Part shown: positions 26,047 to 38,570 of the stretch, piece after piece
How positions within the stretch are numbered: the first letter of the stretch is position 1
Layout of the letters: each line of letters starts with the position of its first letter
Assembly (NCBI RefSeq): GCF_006345805.1
Contig: NC_043021.1
Location: 21,700,001 to 21,764,000, forward strand
DNA: 64,000 nt
Direction of reading: 5' to 3'
Source: Octopus sinensis
Taxonomy: Eukaryota
Made by a program: the position numbers and the translations under genes
The notes under the pieces: model-generated
Told to the model about the DNA's origin: nothing
Seen by the model: only the letters and a program-made list of their open reading frames with translations
Databases searched by the model: none

Positions 26047-26932
26047 TATATCATCATCATCGTTTAACGTCCGTTTTCCGCGCTAGCACGGGTTGGACGG
26101 TTCGACTGGGGTCTGGGAAGCCAGGGGCTGCACCAGGCTCCAGTCTGATCTGGCAGAGTTTCTACAGCTGGATGCCCTTCCTAACGCCAACCACTCCGCG
26201 AGTGTAGTGGGTGCTTTTTACGTCTCACCTGCACAGATGCCAGGGGGGTCCGGCATCGGCCACTGTCGGATTGGTGCATTTTACGTGCCACCGGCATGGA
26301 AGCCAGTTGAGGCGGCGCTGGCATCGGCCACGAGTCGATATATATATATATATATTCTTTTACTTTATATATATATATATACTCTTTTACTCAGTCATTT
26401 GATCGCGGCCATGCTGGAGCACTACCTTTAATCGAGCAACTCGATCCTGGGACTTATTCTTTGTAAGCCCAGTACTTATTCTATCGGTCTCTTTTGCTGA
26501 AGCGCTAAGTGACGGGGACATAAACACACCAGCATCAGATGTCAAGCAACGCTAGAGGGACAAACACAGACACACAAACATACACGCACACAGATAAAAA
26601 ACACCCACTACACTCGCGGAGTGGTTGGCGTTAGGAAGGGCATCCAGCCGTAGAAACACTGCCAGATCTGACTGGGCCTGACGAAGCCTTCCAGCTTCAC
26701 AGACCCCAGTTGACCCGTCCAACCCATGCTAGCATGGAAAGCGGACGCTAAATGATGATGATGATGATGATATACGACAGGCTTCTTTCAGTTTCCGTCT
26801 ACCAGATCCACTCACAAGGCTTTGGTCAGCCCGAGGCTATAGCAGAAGACACTTGCCTAAGATGCCACGCAGTGAGACTGAACCATGTGGTTGGTAAGCA
26901 AGCTACTTACCACACAGCCACTCCTACGCCTA
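26047..26932. mobile_element. SINE nest: C(-) 26047-26335; A(-) 26382-26932 interrupted by C(+) 26594-26770
   Basis: Family-specific heads and tails occur in the stated orientations. Confidence 0.8.
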
Positions 26933-27142
26933 TATATTTATATATATATATATATATATGTGTGTGTTTATATATATGTATATTTATATATATATATTTA
27001 TATATATATGTATATATTTATATCTACTCTTTTTACTCTTTTACTTGTTTCAGTCATTTGACTGCGGCCATGCTGGAGCACCGCCTTTATGCTGGAGCAC
27101 CGCCTTTTAAATAATGTGTATATATATATGTATATATATATT

Positions 27143-27173
<31 letters not shown>

Positions 27174-27687
27174 TATATGCATATATATATATATATACAT
27201 AGATATACAAGTGTGTGTTTGTATGTTTATCTATGTACCCCCTTCTGCTTGCTTACCATTTGTATTCATCTCTTTCTAAAGTAAACCCATTTCTTCTTTC
27301 CCTCCTCCTCTTCCACCTCACCCTTCCACCTCTGTAACCGTAGCATGAATTTTGTCTCCCTGCCAGCTCCCTACGGCTCAATGAGGCTCGACCTTTGTAT
27401 GGTGTTTTTCTTTCATTCTGTACCTTTGGCCCAGAAACATCCTTCTTTTGCCAGCAATTACTGACTCACAGCATTTGCTGAGCAAAATGAAAGACTGTTT
27501 ATTAATACAAGCTGCACGCATGCACATCTATGTTGCGCATGCATCGTTTGTCTGTGTGTGTGTGTGTGTGTGTGAGTGCGTTTGGAGAAGTTTGTGTGTA
27601 TGTGTCTGCTGAAGGATAAGTGAATGTTTATGTGCATATAAACATTTAATTTTGCATGTTATATATGTTGATATAAATATATATATA

Positions 27688-27730
<43 letters not shown>

Positions 27731-27884
27731 GAGTGTCTATGTGTGTATATATATATATGTCTATGTGTGTATATATATATATATGAGTGTCTATGTGTGT
27801 GTATATATATATGTCTATGTGTGTATATATATATATATGAGTGTCTATGTGTGGTATATATATATATATATATATATGTCTATT

Positions 27885-27915
<31 letters not shown>

Positions 27916-28384
27916 GAGTGTCTGTGTGTGTGTGCATGCATATGTTTATCCATATATACATAAAATGTGTATGCATATGTGTGTGAGTGTGTGTGTGTAT
28001 CAATATATTTGTTTACACATATTATATACAAATTCATATTTGATACATCTACATATATAATATATATATAAATACTTGTATTCCCTATGCTCACACATAT
28101 ACATATGCACACACACACATGATACTTCGTATTATGCATATGTTTATTAACAGATGAACATGGGTTATTAAATTCTCAGATTCCTATTCATCATCATCAT
28201 CATCATCATTATTTTTGTCATCATGATCATCACCATCATCATCATCGTCACCAACACTATTTAATGTCCTTCTTTCCCAACCTGGCATGGGTTGGACAGT
28301 TTGACAAGAACAGATGAGGCAGAGGGCCCCACCAGGTTCTATGTCTGCTTTGGCATGGTTTTCTACAGCTGCATGTCCTTCCTA

Positions 28385-28620
28385 ATACCTATTTCTTTAT
28401 TACCCACAAGGGGCTAAACATAGAGGGGACAATCAAGGACAGACATAAGTATTAAGTCGATTACATCGACCCCAGTGCGGAACTGGTACTTAATTTATCG
28501 ACCCCAAAAGGATGAAAGGCAAAGTTGACCTCGGCGGAATTTGAACTCACAACCTAACGCAGACGAAATACCGGTAAGCATTTCATCCGGCGTGCTAATG
28601 ATTCTGCCAGCCCGACGCCT
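28385..28620 (-). mobile_element. SINE family B
   Basis: Matches the family consensus. Confidence 0.9.
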
Positions 28621-28855
28621 TATATGAAATAAGTACCAGTTGCGTACTGGGGTTGATTGATGTAATCAACTAACTCTCTCCCCCAGAATTTCAGGCCTTG
28701 TGCCTAAAGTAGAAAGGATCATTATTAATATCGTCTTCATTGTTCACTGTTTAAGAAATTAAGAATTGCCTTATCTTGAAGCTGAAGGAATCGGGATCAT
28801 CCGGGAATGCTTGCATACCAAATGAAATGTTTAAGTGGTAGGCTTAACTTGAAGC

Positions 28856-29078
28856 CTATTTCTTTACTACCCACAAGGGGCTAAACACAGAGTGGACAAA
28901 CAAATGGATTAAGTCGATTATATCGACCCCAGTGTGTAACTGGTACTTAATTTATCGACCCCGAAAGGATGAAAGGCAAAGTCGACCTCGGCGGAATTTG
29001 AACTCAGAACGTAATGGCAGACGAAATATGGCTATGCATTTCGCTCGGCGTGCTAACGCTTCTGCCAGCTCGCCGCCT
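28856..29078 (-). mobile_element. SINE family B
   Basis: Matches the family consensus. Confidence 0.9.
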
Positions 29079-29891
29079 TGACTTGAAACCTTGACCAATG
29101 CTGCCCCCTCCACCTGCTCCTTAGGTGCCTTTAGCAAGAGCCCATGATGTGGCAAGCATCTGGGTAGGCTGGGTCTCTGGGTTGAGGATATTTCCCTCCC
29201 GCCTTCCCATCCGTTTCTGAGTTCATGAAGAGAGTCATGGATACTACTTTCCCACCTGACTAAAAAATAAAAAAAAAGACCAAGAATAAAAATTTTTAAA
29301 AAACCCCAAATAACCCAATTCTAATGCTGTGAACTTCACACATTTAATTAGATATACTTAGGCTGTGAGAAAATAATAATATTAACGCAATTAGTATTTT
29401 AATTACTTCAGCAAGTATTGATTAAAATTCTATTAGTCATTAAGCCAATGTTGTCTTTTCCTCCTCATATCATTATAATCTATTTAGATTTTAGATGTTC
29501 TTTTACATTAATTATGTTAATTATTGGCTTAGATGTTTTTTACGTTAATTATGTTAATTATTGACTTTCTTGCCCAGTGATATTTATACAGTCTTGTGCA
29601 TGTGCTTTTGACTATTCTTACAGCTAACTTCTACCATTTTCATCATCAACATTTAATATCCATGTCCCTTGTTGGCATGGGGTGGATGGTTTGACAGGAC
29701 CTGATGGGTCCAAGGACTGCATCATGATCTAATATCTGCTTTGGCATGGTTTCTACAGCTGGATGCCCTTCCTAATGCCAACCACTTTATAATGTGTACT
29801 GGGCCCCCTTTTTTTGTGCCACCAGCACTTGTGATATTACAGTGCAGCTCCCAAGACTATGAAACCCAACGTATGCTGGAGGGCAGTTTAA

Positions 29892-30499
29892 TCCTTTAGC
29901 ATTCAAACTGGCCCCATCCAGCCCAAATATTTTACTTTGTTAAAACTGGCCGAATCTGGCCCCTCACACCTTCCTCACAATGTCATTCTAAAAGTTAACA
30001 TCATCAAAATCTGGAAGTTACCAGGTAATCTATATATATAAAAGTGAGGTTGTGTGGTGTCTGTCTCCTACGATTTAGATTCCTAACTACTCCCACATTT
30101 TGCGGTGCAGTTTAACCAAAAGCAGGTACCTCATAGTCGTGATTCATATCGAGCCCTTCTGGGTATTAGCGCGTGTCTACGATGAGTCTATGATTTTAAA
30201 AAAAATTTACCATTATTTTTTCCCATTTTTAATGCATTTTTTTGCTATTATATAAGGGAAGTAACTCTCTAAAAATGTATTATTAAATCTCAGAACGTAA
30301 AAAGCTACAGTAACCCCCCCCCCCTTGTGGTTAGCCATATTGAGATGGCTATTATACTTTACATCTCTAAAAATGCTTATATAGTTATTTCCCTTACAAA
30401 CCCGAGTAACGCCGGGCGATGCTGCTAGTTCATGATTAAATTAAAACAATGTGAATCAATAAACATTACATTTGACAAAGACATCTAAATGCTAAAAGG
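29892..30499. mobile_element. piggyBac-type (TTAA) MITE carrying a nested Helitron
   Basis: ttaa|tcctttagcatt ... aatgctaaaagg|ttaa. Confidence 0.75.
30029..30428 (+). mobile_element. Non-autonomous Helitron-type element
   Basis: A|TCTATATATATAAAA ... cccgagtaacgccggg ... CTAG|T; inserted between A and T with no TSD. Confidence 0.8.
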
Positions 30500-30700
30500 T
30501 TAAAATATGAACAAAGATGGGAAGTGTGTTTTTTATTTGAATTAATTACAAACAGGATAATTGACTTTATTGGGATTAGCAAACTCACTGACGTGGCTGA
30601 CAAAATACCTTGTGTAGTTTATCAATGGTTCTTTATATACTGAGTTCAATTCCTGCCAAGGGTTGTGGATTTTTGTCTTACATCTTTCTGCAAATTCAAT

Positions 30701-30910
30701 AGGCGCAGGAGTGGCTGTGTGGTAAGTAGCTTGCTAACCAACCACATGGTTCTGTGTTCAGTCCCACTGTGTGGCATCTTGGGCAAGCGTCTTCTGCTAT
30801 AGCCCTGGGCCGACCAATGCCTTGTGAGTGGATTTGGTAGACGGAAACTGAAAAAAGCCTGTCGTATAAATGTATATAAATATATTTATGTGTATGTGTG
30901 TGTATGTGTT

Positions 30911-30952
<42 letters not shown>

Positions 30953-31176
30953 TGTGTGTGTTTGTGTGTCTGTTTGTCCCCCTAGCATTGCTTGACAACC
31001 GATGCTGGTGTGTTTACGTCCCCGTCACTTAGCGGTTTGGCAAAAGAGACCGATAGAATAAGTACTAGGCTTACAAAAAAAATTAAGTTCCGGGGTCGAT
31101 TTGCTCGACTAAAGGCAGTGCTCCAGTATGGCCGCAGTCAAATGACTGAAACATGTAAAAGAGTAAAGAGTAAGAG
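30701..31176 (+). mobile_element. SINE family A, full length
   Basis: Matches the family consensus. Confidence 0.9.
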
Positions 31177-31657
31177 TAGAATAACTACCAGTCAATTATT
31201 AGTTTCAAATTCTGACCCACGAGCCGCAAAATAGGGCAATGGGGTAAGTCGATTACATCGACCCCCCCCCCCCCGTGTTCAACTGGTACTTATTTTATTG
31301 ACCCCAAAAGGATGAAAGACAAAGTCAACTTTGGTGGCATCTGAAATCAGAAAGCTTACTCAAAAGAAATACTGCTAAGCATTTTTCCCTGGTATGCTAA
31401 TGATTCTATGAGCTTGCCACCTTAAAAAGGATAAAGCCCTTTCCTGAGTCATATAGACTCACAAGGACCAGTTTCCTGGTTTCTGCTGCCTGTATATTCA
31501 ACCCCTGGATGGAATGCCAGTCTGTCGCACTAGTACTCATTTTTGCTAGCCGAGTGAACTGGCACAATGTGGAATAACGAAGTCATGCTTGTACTTATAA
31601 CTCTGTAAAAAATCATAATTGTAATTAGCAAAGTAATTCATTAACGTATGTCATTAA

Positions 31658-31878
31658 CCCTTTAGTGATCACATTATTCTGCCAAAATTAATGCTTTTTT
31701 ATCCACATTGTTTTGAACTAATCATGCATTATCTTGTAGCGATGAGATTTTGATGAGGTAACTGCTAATTTTTAAAACGATATTGTAGGGTTGGTGTGAG
31801 AGACCAGATCTGACCTGTTTGACCATAGAACAGGCAGAATACTTTTGGCCGGATATGGCCGGTTTAAATGCTAAAGGG
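31658..31878. mobile_element. piggyBac-type MITE with TTAA target-site duplication
   Basis: TTAA|ccctttag...ctaaaggg|TTAA. The paralogous empty site has a single TTAA at 33225-33228. Confidence 0.9.
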
Positions 31879-32402
31879 TTAATTGACTTATTTTACTCAA
31901 GAACACGACATGACATCCAGTCCAGGAATTGAAACCACAATCTTACAATCATGAGCCTAACACCCTAACCAGTAAGCCATAAACCTCCACACTACCGTTC
32001 AAATATTGCAAGTGATATCAGTGACAGTTTCATTTATCCAATGTCTTGATATCATACATAATATCGCTGTTATTGTTGTCATCGTCATCATCATTTTAAC
32101 ATTTACTCACCCATGCATTCATGGCTTAGGCTGAATTTGTTGAAACAGATTTTTCTGCAGTTGGATACCCTTCCTGTTGCCAACCCTCACCTGTTCCCCA
32201 AGTAAAGTAGTATTTCCCCATGGCCAGACATGTTTTCATGGAAGATTGGAAATAGAGGACACTGCTCGCATCTACAACCATCGAGCTATGTCAAAACAAG
32301 GAAAGAGCAACACACAAATGTTCGCACAGACTCATACACATGCATAATTATGTGTGCAAGTAATTATATATACATATATATGTACATATACATACACACA
32401 CA

Positions 32403-32985
32403 CATCATCATCATCGTTTAGCGTCCGTTTTCCATGCTAGCATGGGTTGGACAGTTCGACTGGGGTCTGGGAAGCCAGGAGGCTGCACAAAGCTCCAGTC
32501 TGATCTGGCAGTGTTTCAACAGCTGGATGCCCTTCCTAATGTCAACCACTCCATGAGTGTGGTGGGTGCTTTTTACGTGCCACCGTCACAGGTGCCAGGC
32601 GAGTCTGGTAACGGCCACGATCGGTTGGTGCTTTTTACATTTACACGAATGTAAATACATATACACACATGTAAATACATATATGCTTGTGTATATAAAA
32701 CATACACCCCCTCCACATATATATATATATAAGATTTGTCAAACCAAGTGAAATTTCTATTGTGGCCTTTGCAAGTGTCACGTAAAGGGCACCCATGCCA
32801 GTGGCACATAAAATACATCCATTACACTCATGGAGTGGTTGGCATTAGGAAAGGCATCCAACTGTAGAAACCAAACCAAAATCAGACTGGAACCTGGTGT
32901 AACTCTCTGGCTTACCAGTTCCATTCATACCGTGTAACCCATGCCAAAATGGAAAGTGGATGTTAAATGACGATGATGATGATAA
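32403..32985. mobile_element. Two SINE family C 3' halves in opposite orientation (32403-32635 minus; ~32735-32985 plus)
   Basis: The (GAT)n tails point outward at both ends. Confidence 0.8.
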
Positions 32986-33256
32986 ATACATAGATACACA
33001 CACTCACACACACACAGAGTCTTCTTTCAGTTTCCATCCGAATTCACTTGCAAGGCTTTGTGGCTCTAGTGGAAAACACTTGACCATTGTGCCGTGTGGT
33101 GAGACCAAGATGGAAACCATTCAGTAGAGAAGCACACTTCTTATCACAAAGTCATACTTGTACTTATAACTCTGTAAAAAAAATCATAATTGTAATTAGC
33201 AAAGTAATTCATTAACGTATGTCATTAATTGACTTATTTTTCTTTATGTTTTTCAG

Positions 33257-33355
33257 GTATTCCCCAGACGAAATTGAACACAAAGTGTCAATGTTTCGTA
33301 AGATGCTGATGGAAAAAGAGGGAGTCAACGAGTCAGTGAATGAACAATCTCTAAG
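33257..33355 (+). CDS. SRRM2: Internal coding exon of an SRRM2/SRRM3/CWC21-family splicing factor (cwf21 domain C-terminal half)
   Basis: Acceptor tttttctttatgtttttcag| and donor AG|gtatat; 99 nt, phase 2/2. Peptide (G)YSPDEIEHKVSMFRKMLMEKEGVNESVNEQSL resembles recalled SRRM2 GYEEQQIQEKVATFRLMLLEKD. Confidence 0.75.
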
Positions 33356-33631
33356 GTATATAGTGTTGCTTTATCATTCTTTAGTCATTGATTAATTGAT
33401 TACAGGACACACAGACAAAAACAAAAGAATGGCCAAACAAAACGACAGATGAAGAAAGAAAAACAGTAAATAAATATATTCTTGCAAAGGCCACAATAGC
33501 AATTTCACTTGGTTTGACAAATCTTATGTATATATATATGTGTGTGTGTGTGTTTTATATACACAAGCATATATGTATTTACATGTGTGTATATGTATTT
33601 ACATTCGTGTAAACGTAAAAAATAAATATAT

Positions 33632-33799
33632 AGGCGCAGGAGTGGCTGTGTGGTAAGTAGCTTGCCTACCAACCACATGGTTCCGGGTTCAGTCCCACTG
33701 CATGGCATCTTGGGCAAGTGTCTTCTGCTATAGCCTCGGGCCGACCAATGCCTTGTGAGTGGATTTGGAAGACGGAAACTGAAAGAAGCCTGTCGTATG

Positions 33800-33842
<43 letters not shown>

Positions 33843-34056
33843 ATATGTTTGTGTGTCTGTGTTTGTCCCCCTAGCATTGCTTAACAACCGATGCTGGTGT
33901 GTTTACGTCCCCGTAACTTAGCGGTTCGGCAAAAGAGACCAATAGAATAAGTACTGGGCTTACAAAGAATAAGTCCTGGGGTCTATTTGCTCAACTAAAG
34001 GCGGTGCTCCAGCATGGCCACAGTCAAATGACTGAAACAAGTAAAAGAGTAAAGAG
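33632..34056 (+). mobile_element. SINE family A, full length
   Basis: Matches the family consensus. Confidence 0.9.
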
Positions 34057-34370
34057 TATATCTGCAACAAAAAAGGTTCTACATGGTTGCTTGATCTGCT
34101 AGAAATATTGACCAAATCTCTCTTATATTACTCATTAGTGTTTTTGTTTAAAGAAAGAAAACAAAATGTAATTAATTAGTAGACACACAGACTGATTAAT
34201 GATATGAACAAAATTCATCAAGAAGTGAAGAAAGTTCTGCATTATTTGTTCTCAAACCTTAACCCTTTGTGAACCCTTTCCTGGCAGAGAAAGATCCCTT
34301 CTTTAGTCCCTTTTCTTTAATCTATGAATATTATTAGCAGTGTTGAGGTGATGAACTGACAGAATCATTA

Positions 34371-34778
34371 GCGCAGGAGTGGCTGTGTGGTAAGTAGCTT
34401 GCTAACCAACCACATGGTTCTGGGTTCAGTCCCACTGCGTGGCATCTTGGGCAAGTGTCTTCTGCTGTAGCCCTGGGCCGACCAATGCCTTGTGAGTGGA
34501 TTTGGTAGACGGAAACTGAAAGAAGCCTGTCATATATATGTATATATATATATGTATGTGTGTGTGTTTGTGTGTGTGTGTTTGTCCCCCTAGAATTGCT
34601 TGACAACCGATGCTGGTGTGTTTACGTCCCCGTCACTTAGCGGTTCGGCAAAATAGACCGATAGAATAAGTACTGGGCTTACAAAAGAATAAGTCCCGGG
34701 GTCGATTTGCTCGACTAAAGGCGGTGCTCCAGCATGGCCACAGTCAACTGACTGAAACAAGTAAAAAAGAGTGAAGAG
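34371..34778 (+). mobile_element. SINE family A, full length
   Basis: Matches the family consensus. Confidence 0.9.
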
Positions 34779-35223
34779 TAAGCCAGGCAAAACACTTAAT
34801 GATATTTTGTCTGCCATTAGGTTCTGAGTTCAAATTTTGCTGGGGTTGGCTTTGCCTCTCGCCCTTTCAGGGTCGATAAAAATGAGTATCAGTCGATACT
34901 TTTAAGATTGTTAGCATGCTGGGCAAAATGCTTAGCAGTATTTCGTCTGTCTTTACGTTCTGAATTCATTTTCCTCCGAGGTCGACTTTGCCTTTCATTC
35001 TTTCTGGGCCAATAAATTAAGTACCAGTTGCATACTGGGGTTGATTCAATTGACTGGCCCCCTCCCCCCAAAAAAAAATTTCGGACCTTGTGCCTAGAGT
35101 AGAAAAGAAAAAACAAGTATCAGTTGAACACAGGGGTTGATGTAGTCAACTTAACCCCATCTCCCGCAAAATACTGGTCTTGTGCCACAATTTGAAAGCA
35201 ATATTATTAGCTGTGTATCTCTT

Positions 35224-35263
<40 letters not shown>

Positions 35264-35868
35264 CCCCCTCTCTCTATTTGTTTGCTCATCATCTTATCAT
35301 GCACTTCAAAGAAAATTAGTTACTGTGATACTTTCGCTAATTTTGAATCTCTGAAAGCTCTGACCGGTCACTTAATTAGCTCAATACTCTGCAGAAAAGT
35401 ACGCTGGGAGACTAACAATTCATGTATAAACTGCATATAGTTGTATGTATCTGTAGGTATGCATATGTATATATGTATATATTTATGTGTGTATATACAT
35501 GTGTCTGTGTATATATATATATATATATATATAGCCATTATGAGGATATATAAACATCTTATAGAGATAGTTTTATCCAAAATATGTGGTTTAATATATT
35601 ATAATTTAAAGGCATATATTATACAATTATCAAATATTATTAAGAAAATGGAGAGATATAATGGATATAAATTAATTTTTAATTAAAATTGCCTACAATC
35701 ATTTTAATTTACACTCAATACAAATTACAAATTACAAAATATAATAAAATAATTTTGCATTTTTTAAGATTTTGAGTGAAATATCTTTAGGGCATAAAGG
35801 ACATTACGGAATTTACATCTGAACCAGCTGAGGTACCATATATATATATGAAATTATATGTGTGTGTG

Positions 35869-35905
<37 letters not shown>

Positions 35906-35962
35906 GCCACTACACACATTTCTTTCTCTCCGTGTTTCTCTCCTTGTTTCTTTCTGTGTTCC

Positions 35963-35999
35963 GTTCTGTAGAAGAGCGTAGGCTTGAAACGTAAAAGAC
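35963..35999 (+). ncRNA. Degenerate hammerhead motif (family 2)
   Basis: CUGUAGA-A-GAGC-guag-GCUU-GAAAC-GU-A; stem I is weak. Confidence 0.45.
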
Positions 36000-36294
36000 T
36001 TTTTCACTTCTTCCCAAGCATTATACTAATACATCTGTTTGTTTTCTACACCACCTGCCTTCGTCTTTTGTTTTTTCGTGAATTCTCCCTATATATATAA
36101 TCTATATGTATATGTATATAGGCATATACGTATATTAATATATGTATGTGTATATAGGTGTGTTTATATATATATATATATATATCATGTATATATGTAT
36201 GTATATTTGTATATACACATGTATATGCTATATATATGTGTGTGTGTATATATATATACATGTATACGCACTCACACATGTGTGTGTGTGTGTG

Positions 36295-36327
<33 letters not shown>

Positions 36328-36382
36328 GCCACTACACACATTTCTTTCTCTCCGTGTCTCTCCTTGGTTCTTTCTGTGTTCC

Positions 36383-36419
36383 GTTCTGTAGAAGAGCGTA
36401 GGCTTGAAACGTAAAAGAC
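36383..36419 (+). ncRNA. Degenerate hammerhead motif (family 2), duplicate
   Basis: Identical to 35963-35999. Confidence 0.45.
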
Positions 36420-37191
36420 TTTTTCACTTCTTCCCAAGATATACTAATACATCTGTTTGTTTTCTACACCACCTGCCTTCGTCTTTTGTTTTTTCGTGAA
36501 TTCTCCCTATATATATATCTATATATGTATATGTATATAGGCATATACGTATATTAATATATGTATGTGTATATAGGTGTGTTTATATATATATATATAT
36601 ATATCATGTATATATGTATGTATATATTTGTATATACACATGTATATGCTTATATATGTGTGTGTGTATATATATATATACATGTATACGCACTCACACA
36701 TGTGTGTGTGTGTGTGTATGTGTGTGTACCTGTGTGTGTTATACAGTTTGTGAATTTTTTTTTTTGATAAAGAAAAGCATCTACTTTATTCCTTTTGATT
36801 CTGTTCAGTATAGTTTGCCACCGGTAATTAATTACTATGAAACTGCATGTTTATTGCAACCAGTGGAGATATTTCTGTATTTCTGTCACGGGTAACCACT
36901 CGTATATAAATGCAAAAAAAAAAAAAAAAAATTGCCAAGAATTTTATAAATTAACATGTTTTTCAGATTTTCTTTAGCAGTAAACGCTGTGCCATAGCTG
37001 TTTTGTCTACGGCTTATTCTACAACATAGTCATCAGCATTTTTTTACATTTAATCAAATATTTTTAGCCCTGTAGCATTTAAGCAGGCCACATCAGACCC
37101 AAAGATTCCTCCTTGTTTTATGTTCATCCTGGCTAGGTCTAACCTCTCGCACCTGCCCTACAATGTCATTCTAAAAATAAACATACATATC

Positions 37192-37610
37192 AGGCGCAGG
37201 AGTGGCTGTGTGGTAAGTAGCTTGCTAACCAACCACATGGTTCCGGGTTCAGTCCCACTGCGTGGCATCTTGGGCAAGTGTCTTCTGCTATAGCCCCGGG
37301 CTAAGACCAAAGCCTTGTGAATGGATTTGGTAGACGGAAACTGAAAGAAGCCTGTCGTATATATGCATATATATGTATGTATGTGTATGTATATGTTTGT
37401 GTGTCTGTGTTTGTCCCTCTAGCATTGCTTGACAACCGATGCTGGTGTGTTTACTTCCCCGTCACTTAGCGGTTCGGCAAAAGAGACCGATAGAATAAGT
37501 ACTGGGCTTACAAAGAATAAATCCCGAGGTCGATTTGCTCGACTAAAAGGTGGTGCTCCATCATGGCCACAGTCAAATGACTGAAATAAGTAAAAGATAA
37601 AGATAAAAGA
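37192..37610 (+). mobile_element. SINE family A nested in a degenerate TTAA-family MITE (~37068-37695)
   Basis: MITE-internal words (cctacaatgtcattctaaaa before; tcatcaaaatctcaaagctac after) rejoin across the SINE. Confidence 0.85.
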
Positions 37611-37798
37611 TCATCAAAATCTCAAAGCTACAAGATAATCCATGATTAATTCAAAACAATGTGATATTACATTTGACAGAGGAATCTGAATACCGATTAA
37701 TCTGATCCAGATTATTCTAGTTTTCTATATTTAAGAGATGAGGAATTATGTACATTGTTTACATTTGACGGATATTTGTCCTCATCTTGTTTGTTGTT

Positions 37799-37844
37799 AA
37801 CACAACGTTTCGGCTGATATAACCTCCTGCCTTCATCAGGTGCC
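37799..37844 (-). ncRNA. Minimal type-I hammerhead ribozyme (family 3) in a ~190-bp Penelope-like element next to (TTA)n
   Basis: GGCAC CUGAUGA A GGC...GCC GAAAC-GU-U GUGUU. Canonical core, palindromic ACGU stem III, and 5-bp stem I with two G-U pairs. Confidence 0.7.
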
Positions 37845-38324
37845 TTGAGGAAATTTCGAACCTGGGTTCTCATTCCTAACGTATTTTTCGATGTTGTTAT
37901 TATTATTGCTATTATTCAGGTCACTGCCTGGAATTGAACTCGTTGTTGTTGTTATTATTATTGTTATCATTATTATTATTATTATTATTATTATTCTATG
38001 TTTGACTTTTGCTTTATGTCTGTACAAGTTGGCTCCAAATCTCACCCAGAGATCTCAAGAGACAACAGGTTGGAAGTTCACGTTGTTGTTATGCCTAGTG
38101 TGCCATATATTTGATGTTTTTTTTGGTGTTGTACTAGTGAATGTCTAATACATAAATTTAAAAAAAAAAAAATTATTATTATTATTATTATTATTAGAAT
38201 TATTACTGCCTGGAATCAAACTCGGAATCTTGGGGTTAACAGCCAACACTCTTAACCAGTACACCATATGCCCACTGGCAAATGGTGTCAAAATATGCCA
38301 GTGTCAAAATGATATACATCATCA

Positions 38325-38570
38325 TCATCATCATCATTTAACATCCGTTTTCTATGCTAGCATGGGTTGGACGATTTGACTGAGGACTGGTGAACCAGAT
38401 GGCTGCACCAGGCTCCAATCTGATCTTGCAGAGTTTCTACAGCTGGATGCCCTTCCTATCACCAATCATTCCGGGAGTGTAGTGGGTGATTTTTATGTGC
38501 CACCGACACAGGCCAGAGGAGGCTGGCAATGGCCATGATCGGTTGGTGCTTTTTATGTGTCACCAGCACG
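38325..38570 (-). mobile_element. SINE family C
   Basis: Family tail and ctacagctggatgcccttcc core. Confidence 0.85.

Larger units (their letters stand above)
35880..36720 (+). repeat. 420-bp tandem duplication, each unit holding a ~190-bp HHR-bearing element and a TA/TG microsatellite
   Basis: ccgttctgtagaagagcgtaggcttgaaacgtaaaagact at 35961 and 36381. The copies differ by small indels. Confidence 0.9.
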
